The position numbers were made by a program, and so were the translations under genes. Source: Candidatus Dormiibacterota bacterium (lineage in GTDB: Bacteria; Chloroflexota; Dormibacteria; Aeolococcales; Aeolococcaceae). From it: 64,000 nucleotides of DNA. Every line of letters begins with the position of its first letter. Within the stretch, counting starts at the first letter, position 1. Below, in pieces: positions 48,385-58,320 of this stretch. The DNA lies in assembly GCA_963718525.1 (NCBI GenBank), contig OY970355.1, positions 672,001 to 736,000 on the forward strand. Reading direction: 5' to 3'. The notes below the pieces were generated by a model that was given only the letters and a program-made list of their open reading frames with translations, did no database searches and was not told the DNA's origin.

Positions 48385-49542
48385 ATGAGCGGCGATTCGG
48401 CGACACCCGAGGTAACACCAGAACTCAGGTTTCTGACTCGTGAGTTTCTCACTGGCCACATGACGCGCCGCGAGTGGATGGGCAAGATGCTCATGGCAGG
48501 GGTTTCCCTCGCCGGCCTGAGCTACGTGCTCGCGGCATGCGGAGGAGCAGCCACCAGCACCTCATCGTCCGGGACGGGCGGCAAAGGGCCAACAATCGGA
48601 TTCGTTATTCCACTGATTTCGAACCCGTATTGGGAGCTCATGCAGAACTTCGCACTGGAGTGCGCCAAGCAATTCGACATCACCCTCGTGACTGGTCAAG
48701 CCAACAGCGACGACAACACGCAGTTGAGCATTGTTCAGGACTTCATTTCGAAGAAGGTCGACGGAATGGTCATTGGGGCGGTTGACAATACCGTTGGCCA
48801 GCCCATCTTGTCGGCCGTGACACAGGCGAACATCCCGCTCACCTTCATGCAGAGACTCCCCGGCGTGGACCCCACGAACTTCTCGAAGAAAGTATTCGTC
48901 GGGTACGTCGGGACCGATGACGCGGATGCCGGATTCGCTTCAGCCCAAGCGCTGTACAACGCTGGTTCGCGGAAGTGGGTGGGGCTGACGGGTGCGGCCG
49001 GAAACTCCGTCGCCGTCGTGCGGCTGCAAGGCATGCAGAAGTTTGTCCAGCAGCATTCAGACGTGACCCTGCTCCATGTGCAGTATGGGAATGAGGCGAG
49101 GTCAAGCGGGCAGACAACAATGGAGGACTACTTGTCCGCCTATCCTGGGCCCAGCTTCGACGGCGTGTGGTCGTTCAACGACGAAGGTGCACTTGGAGCC
49201 ATCGCGGCGCTCGCCAATGCGAACGTCAGCAAAGAGAAGGTCGTGATGATCGACGGCACTGTCGATGGCTGCGATGCTGTGCAGGGCGGGAGTGCCCTCG
49301 CCACCTTTGGTGGTGGGTACGCGTGCGGCACTTTCGCGCTGATTGAACTGTATGATTCGCTCCACGGCAAGTACCCGGACAACCGCAACGTGAACATGCC
49401 TTTGATCCCTGTCACCCAACAGACTGTGACTGCTTACCAGGAGCAGGTCGTCAACGGTGCGTCCAGTTACAACTTCAAGGCAGCATCGGCAGTGTTCACT
49501 CCGGGGGCAGGAACCAAAGACTACAAGATCGTCCTGCACTAA
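48385..49542 (+). CDS. Sugar-type ABC substrate-binding lipoprotein (RbsB-like) with twin-arginine signal
   Basis: MTRREWM, lipobox LAAC, SNPYW, FNDEGALG, IDG. Confidence 0.88.
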   Translation: MSGDSATPEVTPELRFLTREFLTGHMTRREWMGKMLMAGVSLAGLSYVLAACGGAATSTSSSGTGGKGPTIGFVIPLISNPYWELMQNFALECAKQFDITLVTGQANSDDNTQLSIVQDFISKKVDGMVIGAVDNTVGQPILSAVTQANIPLTFMQRLPGVDPTNFSKKVFVGYVGTDDADAGFASAQALYNAGSRKWVGLTGAAGNSVAVVRLQGMQKFVQQHSDVTLLHVQYGNEARSSGQTTMEDYLSAYPGPSFDGVWSFNDEGALGAIAALANANVSKEKVVMIDGTVDGCDAVQGGSALATFGGGYACGTFALIELYDSLHGKYPDNRNVNMPLIPVTQQTVTAYQEQVVNGASSYNFKAASAVFTPGAGTKDYKIVLH

Positions 49543-49563
49543 CCAAGGAGGGCAGGGCGCTAA

Positions 49564-51130
49564 GGTGACTGTTGATCCCGAGGCTCAGATAGCCCCCTCC
49601 GACAGCAAACCCTCCGCCGGCGGGGCGGAGGGTTTGCCCATGCACGGGCTCAGCATTGTCGGTGTTACCAAGCATTACCCGGGAACACAGGCCCTACGGC
49701 TCGCTCCCGCAGAGACGCTGACCTTCGCCCACGGCTCGATACATGGGCTGGCCGGACTCAACGGCGCCGGAAAGTCGACCCTCGTGGCAATCATCGCCGG
49801 AATCCAGCGTCCTACGTCGGGACGCATGTGGCTCGACGGGGTTCCATATGCTCCACGCAATACGGAACACGCACGAGACCGCGGCATCGATATCGTGCTG
49901 CAGGAACCGGCTCTGATCGACAGCATGACCGTCGAGGAAAATCTTGTACTGGGCAGGGAAAGGAGCTTCGCGCCTTTCGGCGTGTTCAATCCCCAGAAGC
50001 GTCGACGTTTGGCGCAGGCGGCGCTGGATCGACTACCCGTCAAGCCTCCGCTGACAACCCTGGCCGGCAAATTGACGCTGGAAGAACAAAAACTTGTTGA
50101 GCTTGCTCGTGCGCTGAGCCTCAACCCCAAGATCTTGATCATGGATGAGGTCACGGCAAGCATGTCCGCGCGCGGGGCAGAGAACATCAGGCAAGTCCTA
50201 CGCCAATTCGCCGCCGAAGGGAAACTCATCATCTACATCTCGCATCATCTTGATGAGATCTTCCAGTCGTGCGACCTGGTCACTGTGATCAAGGATGGGC
50301 GGCCGGTGGGCACGATTCGGCCTGCCGATACTGACCGACCCCGCCTCGAGATGATGATGGTCGGAAGCGCAGTGGCAAATGCTCGAGATCGGCCACCGGT
50401 CGCTGACGGCGAACCCGTGCTCGAGCTAAACGATGTCGAGGTGCGAGGTCAGTTCCAACATGTTTCCCTCGCCGTACGACGAGGGCAGGTCCTTGGCATC
50501 GCCGGCCTGATGGATTCGGGGGCGGGCGCGCTTGCGATGACTCTCTTTGGTGCCCAACGCCCGAGAGCAGGAACCATGCGTCTGGAAGGGTCACCGATCC
50601 GCTTTCGAGGACCACACCACGCCGTTTCGTCGGGTGTCGGTTTCATCCCATCAGATCGTGACCGAGACGGAGTCATCCTCGGCATCAGTATCCAGAAGAA
50701 CATCGCCCTGGCGGCCCTTCCGTGGATCGCAACACGGGGCTTCCTGAATCCTCGTCGGGAGCGCCGTCTATCTGACGGACTCGTTGATCGTTTGAAGATC
50801 AAGTGCCATGACTCTGGTGATCTGCCCATGCGCCTGAGCGGCGGGAATCGCCAGAAGGTAGCCTTCGCAAAGTGGCTTGCTCGACAACCCAAGGTGCTTG
50901 TCCTGCACAATCCCACCCGAGGTGTCGACGTCGAGGGGTATGCCGACATTCACCGCCACATCATGGAATGCGCTGAGCAGGGGGTTGGCATCGTTCTCGT
51001 CAGCGACAACCTGTCGGAGCTGCTTGAGCTAAGTGATCAGATGATCACCATGCGACGGGGACAAATCTCTGGAACGTTTGCTCGGAGCCAGCGACCGAGC
51101 GAACGGCAACTTGTGGATCTAATGCTATGA
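49564..51130 (+). CDS. Sugar ABC transporter ATP-binding protein (RbsA-like, two NBDs)
   Basis: GLNGAGKST, IMDEVT, LSGGNRQK, NPTRGVDV; start uncertain. Confidence 0.92.
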
Positions 51131-52122
51131 GCCAAGCGCCCGATGTTCCCGCGGCCGAGGTCGTGACGGTTGATGGCGGCAGCGCGCCCATAAGACGTGC
51201 GCGGTGGATCGGCGTGGTCCGGCGAATCGTCCCATTCGCAGCGCTGATCGTGCTCATCATTTTCTTCTCTATCACGGGAGGGACGGCCTTCCTGAGCTAC
51301 AACAACGCGTTGTTCCTGATTCAGCAGAGCGCAATCATCGCCATACCCGCGTACGGGACGACCATGGTCATTCTCGCCGGCAGCATCGATTTGTCGGTGG
51401 GGTCGAATATTGGCCTCTCAGGGATGGTGGCCGCGCTCGTCGCCACAAGCCATGGAGTCGTTGCAGGCATGGTGGCCGGTGTGCTGGCCGGAGTCGCGCT
51501 GGGGCTCCTCAACGGCATCGGATTTGCAGTGCTTCGGGTGCCGTCATTCATCGTAACACTGGCCACTCTGTCGATCGCTGAGGGAGTGACCCTCGTCCTG
51601 TCGCAATCGCAACCGGTGTCTGTTCCGCTCGGGTTTCAGGGCATCGGGCAGCTGCCCGGCATCATCGTGCTGTTTGCGGCCTGCACCATCGGCTGCGTGA
51701 TCGTCCTCCACCTGACCTCTTTTGGACGACGCGCAGTGGCCATCGGGGGCCAGGAGCGCGTGGCGTGGCTGTCGGGCGTCCGCGTCGCGCGAATGAAGAT
51801 CTACATCTTCATGTTCGCGGGTTTGATGGCAGGGCTCGGCGGCATCGCTCTCACAGCTCGCGTTGGTTCGGCCACACCGGATGCTGCACAGGGATTCGAA
51901 CTAACAGCGATCACTGCGGTGGTCTTGGGTGGCACTCCGCTCACCGGGGGCGTGGGCAACATGTTCAATACGCTGGTCGGCGCCTTCATCCTGTCGATTC
52001 TCTTGAACGGGATGATCATCCTTGGACTCTCGGATGATGCCCAGCTGATCGCGCAAGGCTGTGTGCTCGTGGCTGCAGTGCTCCTGTCCTTGGATCGCTC
52101 AAAGCTGTCGATGATCAAGTGA
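51127..52122 (+). CDS. Sugar ABC transporter permease (RbsC-like)
   Basis: IDLSVG, PSFIVTL, ELTAITAVVLGG. Confidence 0.93.
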   Translation: MSQAPDVPAAEVVTVDGGSAPIRRARWIGVVRRIVPFAALIVLIIFFSITGGTAFLSYNNALFLIQQSAIIAIPAYGTTMVILAGSIDLSVGSNIGLSGMVAALVATSHGVVAGMVAGVLAGVALGLLNGIGFAVLRVPSFIVTLATLSIAEGVTLVLSQSQPVSVPLGFQGIGQLPGIIVLFAACTIGCVIVLHLTSFGRRAVAIGGQERVAWLSGVRVARMKIYIFMFAGLMAGLGGIALTARVGSATPDAAQGFELTAITAVVLGGTPLTGGVGNMFNTLVGAFILSILLNGMIILGLSDDAQLIAQGCVLVAAVLLSLDRSKLSMIK

Positions 52123-52152
52123 TTGCGCCGCGGCCGGTGCCTGGAGGATGAC

Positions 52153-52395
52153 ATGGGACTTGTAGGCGGACATCTTCCTGAGATCATCATCCTTTTGGTG
52201 GTGATCCTGATTGTCTGGGGACCGGGGAAACTCCCCGATATCGGCGCCGCAGTGGGTAAGGGTATCCGCGAGTTTCGTACGGCATCGTCCGAAGCTGACG
52301 ATTCGGTCACCGAGGCGACGAGGGTGGCGACTTCGCAATCGGCTGAGGGCATGCCCACCGAGGCGGTGAATTCCGAGCCGTCGGTTCCCGGGTGA
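52153..52395 (+). CDS. tatA: Twin-arginine translocase TatA/TatE subunit
   Basis: EIIILLVVILIVWGPGKLPDIGAAVGKGIREFR; RBS GGAGG. Confidence 0.9.
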   Translation: MGLVGGHLPEIIILLVVILIVWGPGKLPDIGAAVGKGIREFRTASSEADDSVTEATRVATSQSAEGMPTEAVNSEPSVPG

Positions 52396-52435
52396 CGCTA
52401 ATGGCCGTACGTATTAGCCTGATCCCGTAAATATT

Positions 52436-53266
52436 CTACGTGCCCATCAACTCCGCTACGTGGTCGGGTACGTAGGTGTAGGTGTCGAGCGACGGTCGCA
52501 CGTACCCCTCGTCGGACTGGCGCGGCGGCAGCGTCAGTGGGGTCTGGATGACGTCCTTGTATGGCACCTTCGACAGCAGGTGTGCGAAGCAGTTCAGGCG
52601 AGCGCGTTGCTTGTCATCGGCCTCGACCACGTACCACGGCGATTCGGGCGTATCCGTGTGGACGAACATGATGTCCTTGGCACGCGAGTACTCCACCCAA
52701 CGGAGGCGCAACTCGAGGTCGATCTGACTCAGCTTCCACTGTTTGAGCGGATCGGTAAGACGGATGTGGAAGCGCCGCTCCTGCTCCTGATCGCTGACCG
52801 AGAACCAGTACTTGATGAGGACAAGCCCTGATTCGATGAGCAGGTTCTCGAAAATCGGGCACTGGCGGAGGAACAGACGGTGCTCTTCGTGAGTGCAGTA
52901 GCCCATCACGTACTCGACGCCGGCGCGGTTGTACCAGGACCGGTCGAACAGGACGATCTCGCCTGCCGCGGGCAGACGATCGACGTACCGCTGGAAGTAC
53001 CACTGTGCACGTTCACGATCCGACGGCGCGGGCAAAGCCGCCACCTTGACGACCCGGGGATTGAGGTACTGCGTGATGCGGCTGATGGTGCCACCCTTGC
53101 CGGCACCATCGCGGCCCTCGAAGATCACGGCGACGCGGGCGCCACTCGAGCGGACCCATTCCTGCAGCTTGACCAACTCCACCTGGAGCCGCCGCAACTC
53201 CTTCTGGTACCGCTTGTCGGTCAGATATGTCGCGCGTTCGCGCTTGGACGCTGTCTTCTTTGCCAC
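52436..53266 (-). CDS. ppk2: Polyphosphate kinase 2
   Basis: FEGRDGAGKGG, WYFQRY, FDRSWYNRAGVE. Confidence 0.95.
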   Translation of the reverse strand: MAKKTASKRERATYLTDKRYQKELRRLQVELVKLQEWVRSSGARVAVIFEGRDGAGKGGTISRITQYLNPRVVKVAALPAPSDRERAQWYFQRYVDRLPAAGEIVLFDRSWYNRAGVEYVMGYCTHEEHRLFLRQCPIFENLLIESGLVLIKYWFSVSDQEQERRFHIRLTDPLKQWKLSQIDLELRLRWVEYSRAKDIMFVHTDTPESPWYVVEADDKQRARLNCFAHLLSKVPYKDVIQTPLTLPPRQSDEGYVRPSLDTYTYVPDHVAELMGT

Positions 53267-53576
53267 GACTCTCTATTGTGAGGGTCAGGAACACGCGATC
53301 CGGGCACTGTCGGTCGTTTGCCAGATTGGTGCGGGAGCGTCGACGCACCTCGGTATTGGCACGCCAGCTTCGCGGGACGGGACTGCTTCGCGCATCCACC
53401 CGTCCGAGCCCTCAATGAGCGTGATCTACGTCCGCTCCGCGGATGATCCGGAGCGACCATAGTATCAACGTGCCACGCGAGCGGCGCCGGTCGCATTCGC
53501 GCTGGCGGCGTCGAGCGCGACGTGACGTTCGGCGACGCGACGGCCAGGTGCAGCGCTGACCGCCGCGTCACCAGAT

Positions 53577-54926
53577 TCATGGTCGATCTCCTTCGCAGTG
53601 CGAGGACGTCCGGATATGCTCGGCTCGCTCTGGCCGTCCTCGCGCTGGGAAGACGACGCGAAAGGTGCTTCCAACTCCAGGCTCGCTCCGTACTTCGATG
53701 TGCCCTCGAAGCTCCCTGGCTGCGCGATGTGCGATGGAAAGGCCTAGACCGCTGCCTCCCGTTGCGCGCTGCCGCGCCTGGTCGATCCGGTAAAACCGGT
53801 CGAAGATCCGCTCCTGGTACTCGGGCGCGATTCCTATGCCGGTATCACGCACCTCAATGACCACGTCGTTTCGGTGTCGATGATGTTCGACGAGAACCTT
53901 GCCGCCCGCCGGAGTGTAACGGAGTGCGTTGGAGATGAAGTTGCCGATGACCATCTCAAGAAGCCGGCGGTCGGCGAGCGCGGTGACCCGTCGCCCGCCA
54001 ACGCCGAGCTGCACTCCCGCTGTAGAAGCGAGGGGAATATAGCGGGTCACGATGTCTCGACAGATCTCGTCCACCGACACGTCTTCGTTGCGAACGGTCT
54101 GAGTAATATCGAGCCGGGTCAGCTGCCGCAGGTCTGAGAGCAGCGCCTGCAGCCTTCGTGTTTCGTTGATCACATGCTCAGCAGCGCGTCGCCGATCACT
54201 CTCAGCTGCGGCCACCCCGTCGGCGAGCGCGAGGGCGCTGGCTGAGATCGCTGTGACTGGGGTTGCGATCTCGTGAGCCAAATCACCGAGGAACTGGCGC
54301 TGATTCTGATCAGCGCTTTCCAAGCGCGCAGCCATACCGTTGAAGGCTCGCGCAAGGGGACCGAATTCACCTTGCCCGTCCAAACCCATCCGTGTACTGA
54401 AATCTCCTTCGGCCATGCGATCGGCCGCATGAGTTGCGTGGCCGATCCGCCTGCGAAGCGCCCGCGATAGGTAACTCATGCCTGATGCTGCGCTGATCAC
54501 CAACAGAAGGATCGGGATGGCTGCGATGAAGAGCAGCTCATATGGTGGCGGCTCGATTACTGAACTGTAGTCGCTGACCGTCACTGAGCCAGGCGGCACG
54601 TTGCCGACGGCTGTGAGTTCGAGCGTCCGTTTCATCAAATCTGTTGGAAGCGGCGTAGAAAAGATGAGACGGCCATCCAGCTTCACGGTGATTTGGTCAT
54701 TGGGCAGAGCCGCCTCCAGGGTCCTAGCGTCGGGCAGGCGCTGCCCTGAGGCGACGAGAGAGGCGATATCGTGGGCCACCTCAGTCGCGTCTTGTCGATC
54801 CGCTGCTAGTTCGGTGCTCTGATGGACGAATGACAATAGGACTGCTGCGAGGACGATCGCCGGAAAGGCGGGCAGAATCATGGCTACCAGAAATCGGGCA
54901 CGAAGGGAAGTTCGAATGCGTTTCAT
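53577..54926 (-). CDS. HAMP-domain sensor histidine kinase
   Basis: Two TM helices, LAHEIATP, NFISNALRY, DTGIGI, GSGLGL. Confidence 0.93.
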   Translation of the reverse strand: MKRIRTSLRARFLVAMILPAFPAIVLAAVLLSFVHQSTELAADRQDATEVAHDIASLVASGQRLPDARTLEAALPNDQITVKLDGRLIFSTPLPTDLMKRTLELTAVGNVPPGSVTVSDYSSVIEPPPYELLFIAAIPILLLVISAASGMSYLSRALRRRIGHATHAADRMAEGDFSTRMGLDGQGEFGPLARAFNGMAARLESADQNQRQFLGDLAHEIATPVTAISASALALADGVAAAESDRRRAAEHVINETRRLQALLSDLRQLTRLDITQTVRNEDVSVDEICRDIVTRYIPLASTAGVQLGVGGRRVTALADRRLLEMVIGNFISNALRYTPAGGKVLVEHHRHRNDVVIEVRDTGIGIAPEYQERIFDRFYRIDQARQRATGGSGLGLSIAHRAARELRGHIEVRSEPGVGSTFRVVFPARGRPERAEHIRTSSHCEGDRP

Positions 54927-55597
54927 TGCGGCTCGAGGCGATAACCGATTCCGCGAAGAGTCGTGATTGTGAGCGCTCCGAGAAGTTTGCGACGGAGCGT
55001 CGAAACGTGGACATCGACGGTTTTCGCGGTGAAGAATGGGGAACCCCAGACGTGCTCCAGTAATTGCTCGCGGCTGAACACCTGGCCGGGGTGCTTGAGA
55101 AACAGGGCGAGGAGATCGAATTCGCGCCGGGTCAACTCGACTTCATCCGAACCGTACAGACAGCGCCGCTGCTCGAGATCGACATCCAATGAGCCGAGGT
55201 GCAGTGTGCTTGATACTTCCGCGAATCCCGTTGCCCGGCGGAGGTGCGCCCGCACGCGAGCGACGAGCTCGTGCGCGAAGAAGGGTTTGACGATGTAGTC
55301 GTCCGCGCCCAATTCCAGGCCTGCAACACGGCTCACCTCATCGGCCCTCGCAGTCACGAACAATATGGGGATTGATGAGAGAGCGCGCGCCTGTCGCACC
55401 ACCTCGAATCCGTCCAAACCAGGGAGCATGACATCAATGAGCGCTAACTCAAGCTGCGCCTCGCGAAGCATGGCGAGGGCCCTTGGTCCATCTGCGGCCT
55501 CGACGACGTTGAATCCTGACTCTCTCAGGTAGAGGGCGACAACATCGCGGAGTGCCGCATCGTCCTCGGCCACGAGGATACGTGCGCCGCTCATCAT
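54923..55597 (-). CDS. OmpR/PhoB family response regulator
   Basis: AEDD, DVMLPG, GADDYIVKPF, LTRREFDLL, GIGYR. Confidence 0.95.
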   Translation of the reverse strand: MMSGARILVAEDDAALRDVVALYLRESGFNVVEAADGPRALAMLREAQLELALIDVMLPGLDGFEVVRQARALSSIPILFVTARADEVSRVAGLELGADDYIVKPFFAHELVARVRAHLRRATGFAEVSSTLHLGSLDVDLEQRRCLYGSDEVELTRREFDLLALFLKHPGQVFSREQLLEHVWGSPFFTAKTVDVHVSTLRRKLLGALTITTLRGIGYRLEPQ

Positions 55598-55639
55598 TCA
55601 ATTGAGTCTGTCATACGGTACGGACTGCGACTGGAAGCG

Positions 55640-55675
55640 GGGATGCCGACCCTGGTAAAGGAGGGTCGGCATCCC
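55640..55675. terminator. 14-bp perfect hairpin
   Basis: GGGATGCCGACCCT-ggtaaagg-AGGGTCGGCATCCC between the small membrane ORF and the response regulator. Confidence 0.65.
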
Positions 55676-55698
55676 TGAGTGGAGCCTGCGATGGACTG

Positions 55699-55938
55699 CT
55701 AACTGCGCTGATTGGCATCCGCCGTGCGACCGTGAACCTCAGAAGGAGCGGGTCGCCAATCGGAGAGGCGGGTCCGCTCCGTCATGGGTGTTCTGGCCGA
55801 CCGGGATGCACGATCGCCGACTGGCTCTCCGGCGGGAAGGTCACGATCGAGGAAGAGCGGCAGACACATCCCCGCAGCAACGACGACGGACACCAGAGCC
55901 ATCAGGGCAAGGTTCAGGACGAGAGCGAAAGTGTTCAT
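55699..55938 (-). CDS. Small membrane protein, hypothetical
   Basis: MNTFALVLNLALMALVSVVVAAGMCLPLFL helix; hairpin just downstream. Confidence 0.5.
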   Translation of the reverse strand: MNTFALVLNLALMALVSVVVAAGMCLPLFLDRDLPAGEPVGDRASRSARTPMTERTRLSDWRPAPSEVHGRTADANQRS

Positions 55939-56476
55939 GCCCAAACCGTACGCGTCGAAGGTTAGGGGATGGCAATGCTACCGTCATTTCTTGGCAAGTC
56001 GTATGGCCATTCCCCGCTCGGCAGCAAGTCATGGACTTCGGTGGAACCGGGGGCCGTATGCGCTGATCGGTGGCGGCGAGCGAATCCCGTGTACCGGGCG
56101 TTCCGGCATACCTTCAGGTCGGCTGATGCCAAATTATTCGTTCCGCAAACCGTCTGCCATTTCGGTGCCGGGGAACCCACACGTATCGGCTGATCCGCCA
56201 ATGCCGATCCTGGCCATCGACTGATCTCACGCCGCCGCTGTTGGCTCAGCCGGTCGACGTCGAGACGGCCACGACAATGGCAAATAGCACGAGCGTGACT
56301 AGGATGGATATCGTCCCGAAGACGGCGCACGATCTCCGCGCGTCGCTGCTCGGGCCCTAAGACGGCAGCGAAGATTGATCGTCGTTGTTTGTCCATGGTT
56401 CAACAACGGGTCGATCCTTCGACAGGTGCTGCAAATGCCAGCTCGTGCGACCACAAGATCTGCGAACGGGAGGCGG

Positions 56477-57286
56477 CTAGGCGACGACGCGTTTGCCCGC
56501 GATGCGCGGGCGCGGACCGAGACCCTCGCGGGCAGCTTGATCGAGCAGCGCGCTTACCTTGGCAACATCGAACCGCGTTCTCGGAGGACTCGGCCTGCAC
56601 AACCAGTCGACTAGCTCACTACCGCGTACGAAGGTGACCTTGTCCACCTCAGTCGGACCCTGCTCGAACTGCCCCCACAGCACGACCACGGGATCCACCC
56701 ATATCCTGATTCCGGTCGCGTGCTGGATGCGCTCCTTCAGAGCGGCGCTCGCACTCCCTTCTTTGGCAAAGATTCCGCGGTATTCCGAGACCATGTCGGG
56801 GTCCTCCAGCCATTGGAAGTGAAGACCACTCTTGTCGACGGTAATCTGCCCGAAGCAGTCCTTGGTGTCCAGCAGGAAGACACCTGTGCTACCAACGACA
56901 ACATGGTCGATGTTTGTCTTGTCCTCCCATTGAAGATCGTGCCATACCCTCCAGTCTGCGGGGGGCAGACGGCGTAGAGCCTTCGCAGTTTTCCGCTCGC
57001 CTTCACTGCCCCATTGCCAATTCTGGATCCGTGCCGGAGGGGACTCCCTCTGCCATGCGAGCGATCCGAGGAGCAACCCTGCTGCGATTCCGAAGGTGAC
57101 CTTCCACTGCCCGCCTACTACGAAACCGATGACACCGAAGATGACAGCGAGCCCCAGCCACAACGCAAAGAAGACACGGAACCGCCGCCGCCAGGCGCGT
57201 GCGAGCTCCGTGTATTTCTGCCCAGCTGATCGACCGCCACGCTGCGGGGTATTCACGACTTGTATCCTCGTTGGTCGATGTCCCAC
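56477..57286 (-). CDS. Membrane-anchored NERD nuclease-related domain protein
   Basis: Two TM helices, WGSEGE, WHDL..NIDHVVVGSTGVFLLDTK. Confidence 0.88.
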   Translation of the reverse strand: MGHRPTRIQVVNTPQRGGRSAGQKYTELARAWRRRFRVFFALWLGLAVIFGVIGFVVGGQWKVTFGIAAGLLLGSLAWQRESPPARIQNWQWGSEGERKTAKALRRLPPADWRVWHDLQWEDKTNIDHVVVGSTGVFLLDTKDCFGQITVDKSGLHFQWLEDPDMVSEYRGIFAKEGSASAALKERIQHATGIRIWVDPVVVLWGQFEQGPTEVDKVTFVRGSELVDWLCRPSPPRTRFDVAKVSALLDQAAREGLGPRPRIAGKRVVA

Positions 57287-57350
57287 GTGCCGCTAAGTCG
57301 GGTGGTACACGCCTCCGTCAACCCGACCTATGAGCAGAACCTGGTCGGCA

Positions 57351-57692
57351 TCACAGAAGCCCCGCTCGCTCCGCTTCTGCCCATTCAACCAGCATCCCTG
57401 GCCCGCCCCACTCGTCCCAGACTGAGAGGTTCCGCTGGATGTACCCGGTCACGGTTGCGAGGCGAACGCGGGCGCCGATCATAGAGCAAACCCGGACTGT
57501 CTCTTCTGACCATCCCTCTGTCGAGGTCACGCAAGAATCGCTCCCAATCACCCAGCAGTTACCGACTTCGCGGGATGGCCGCTCGCCGGGTTCGACGCCG
57601 AGCGCCTCGAGGTAGGCATGGTAGGTATCACGAGTGAGTTCATCGGCGCTGCCAGCGCGGAAGAAAATTGCGTCCAGAGTGAGAAAGGTCAT
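57351..57692 (-). CDS. Hypothetical protein
   Basis: 113-aa ORF just downstream of a co-oriented small ORF. Confidence 0.5.
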   Translation of the reverse strand: MTFLTLDAIFFRAGSADELTRDTYHAYLEALGVEPGERPSREVGNCWVIGSDSCVTSTEGWSEETVRVCSMIGARVRLATVTGYIQRNLSVWDEWGGPGMLVEWAEAERAGLL

Positions 57693-57707
57693 CGGTCGGT
57701 ACGGCGG

Positions 57708-57878
57708 TCAGCGCGTCGTCATGTGACGCCTGTCTGCCGGTCGGTTGTACTTTTCGATCAAGGCGACCGCTTCCGGCAGCGGCAGGACGGCGAGTTGCCT
57801 CGCTAACCAGCGAGCGCCGTTCTTGCGTCCCTTGAGTCCCACAGGTGTCGAGTGCGGTTTGGTCGTAGTCGTGGTCAT
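57708..57878 (-). CDS. Small hypothetical protein
   Basis: RBS AAGGAG before MTTTTTKPHS... Confidence 0.45.
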   Translation of the reverse strand: MTTTTTKPHSTPVGLKGRKNGARWLARQLAVLPLPEAVALIEKYNRPADRRHMTTR

Positions 57879-58320
57879 CGCGTCTCCTTCTTGGCCGAGT
57901 GGGCCTCGGTTGAATGGTTGCTCCGTAAGCGCCGATGCAGTGTCACGAATCAGCGACAGCTGGGCGATCTCGTTCATCCAGTGCACACTGGCCGCGTCGT
58001 CTCTGACAGGGAAATGTTCCGAGAATGACGAGCAAGTCACGACAATCGCTGTCAACTATCGCCGGAAAGCCCCGGAGCTGAGTAGGGCAGGCAATAGGGA
58101 GACGCTCTGATCTGACAGATCGGAGTGCCATCCGATTACCTAACCCGCGATTACATCACTCCGCAGGTGCCCTGAGTGCGAATGCGGCGAATGCGTTCGC
58201 ATCGACTAACCCGATATTCCAGATTGCTTATAGTCGACTAATCCGCCTCACCGAGATCGTGACACCGCAACGCCTCATCGTCCGGGCCGACTGTTCAGCA
58301 CGCACCGACTGAGGGCCCGT

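Noticed and set aside
58195-58250. TCGACTAAYCC occurring twice here and once near 3020
   Set aside because: Too short and sparse to support an att, iteron or attC call
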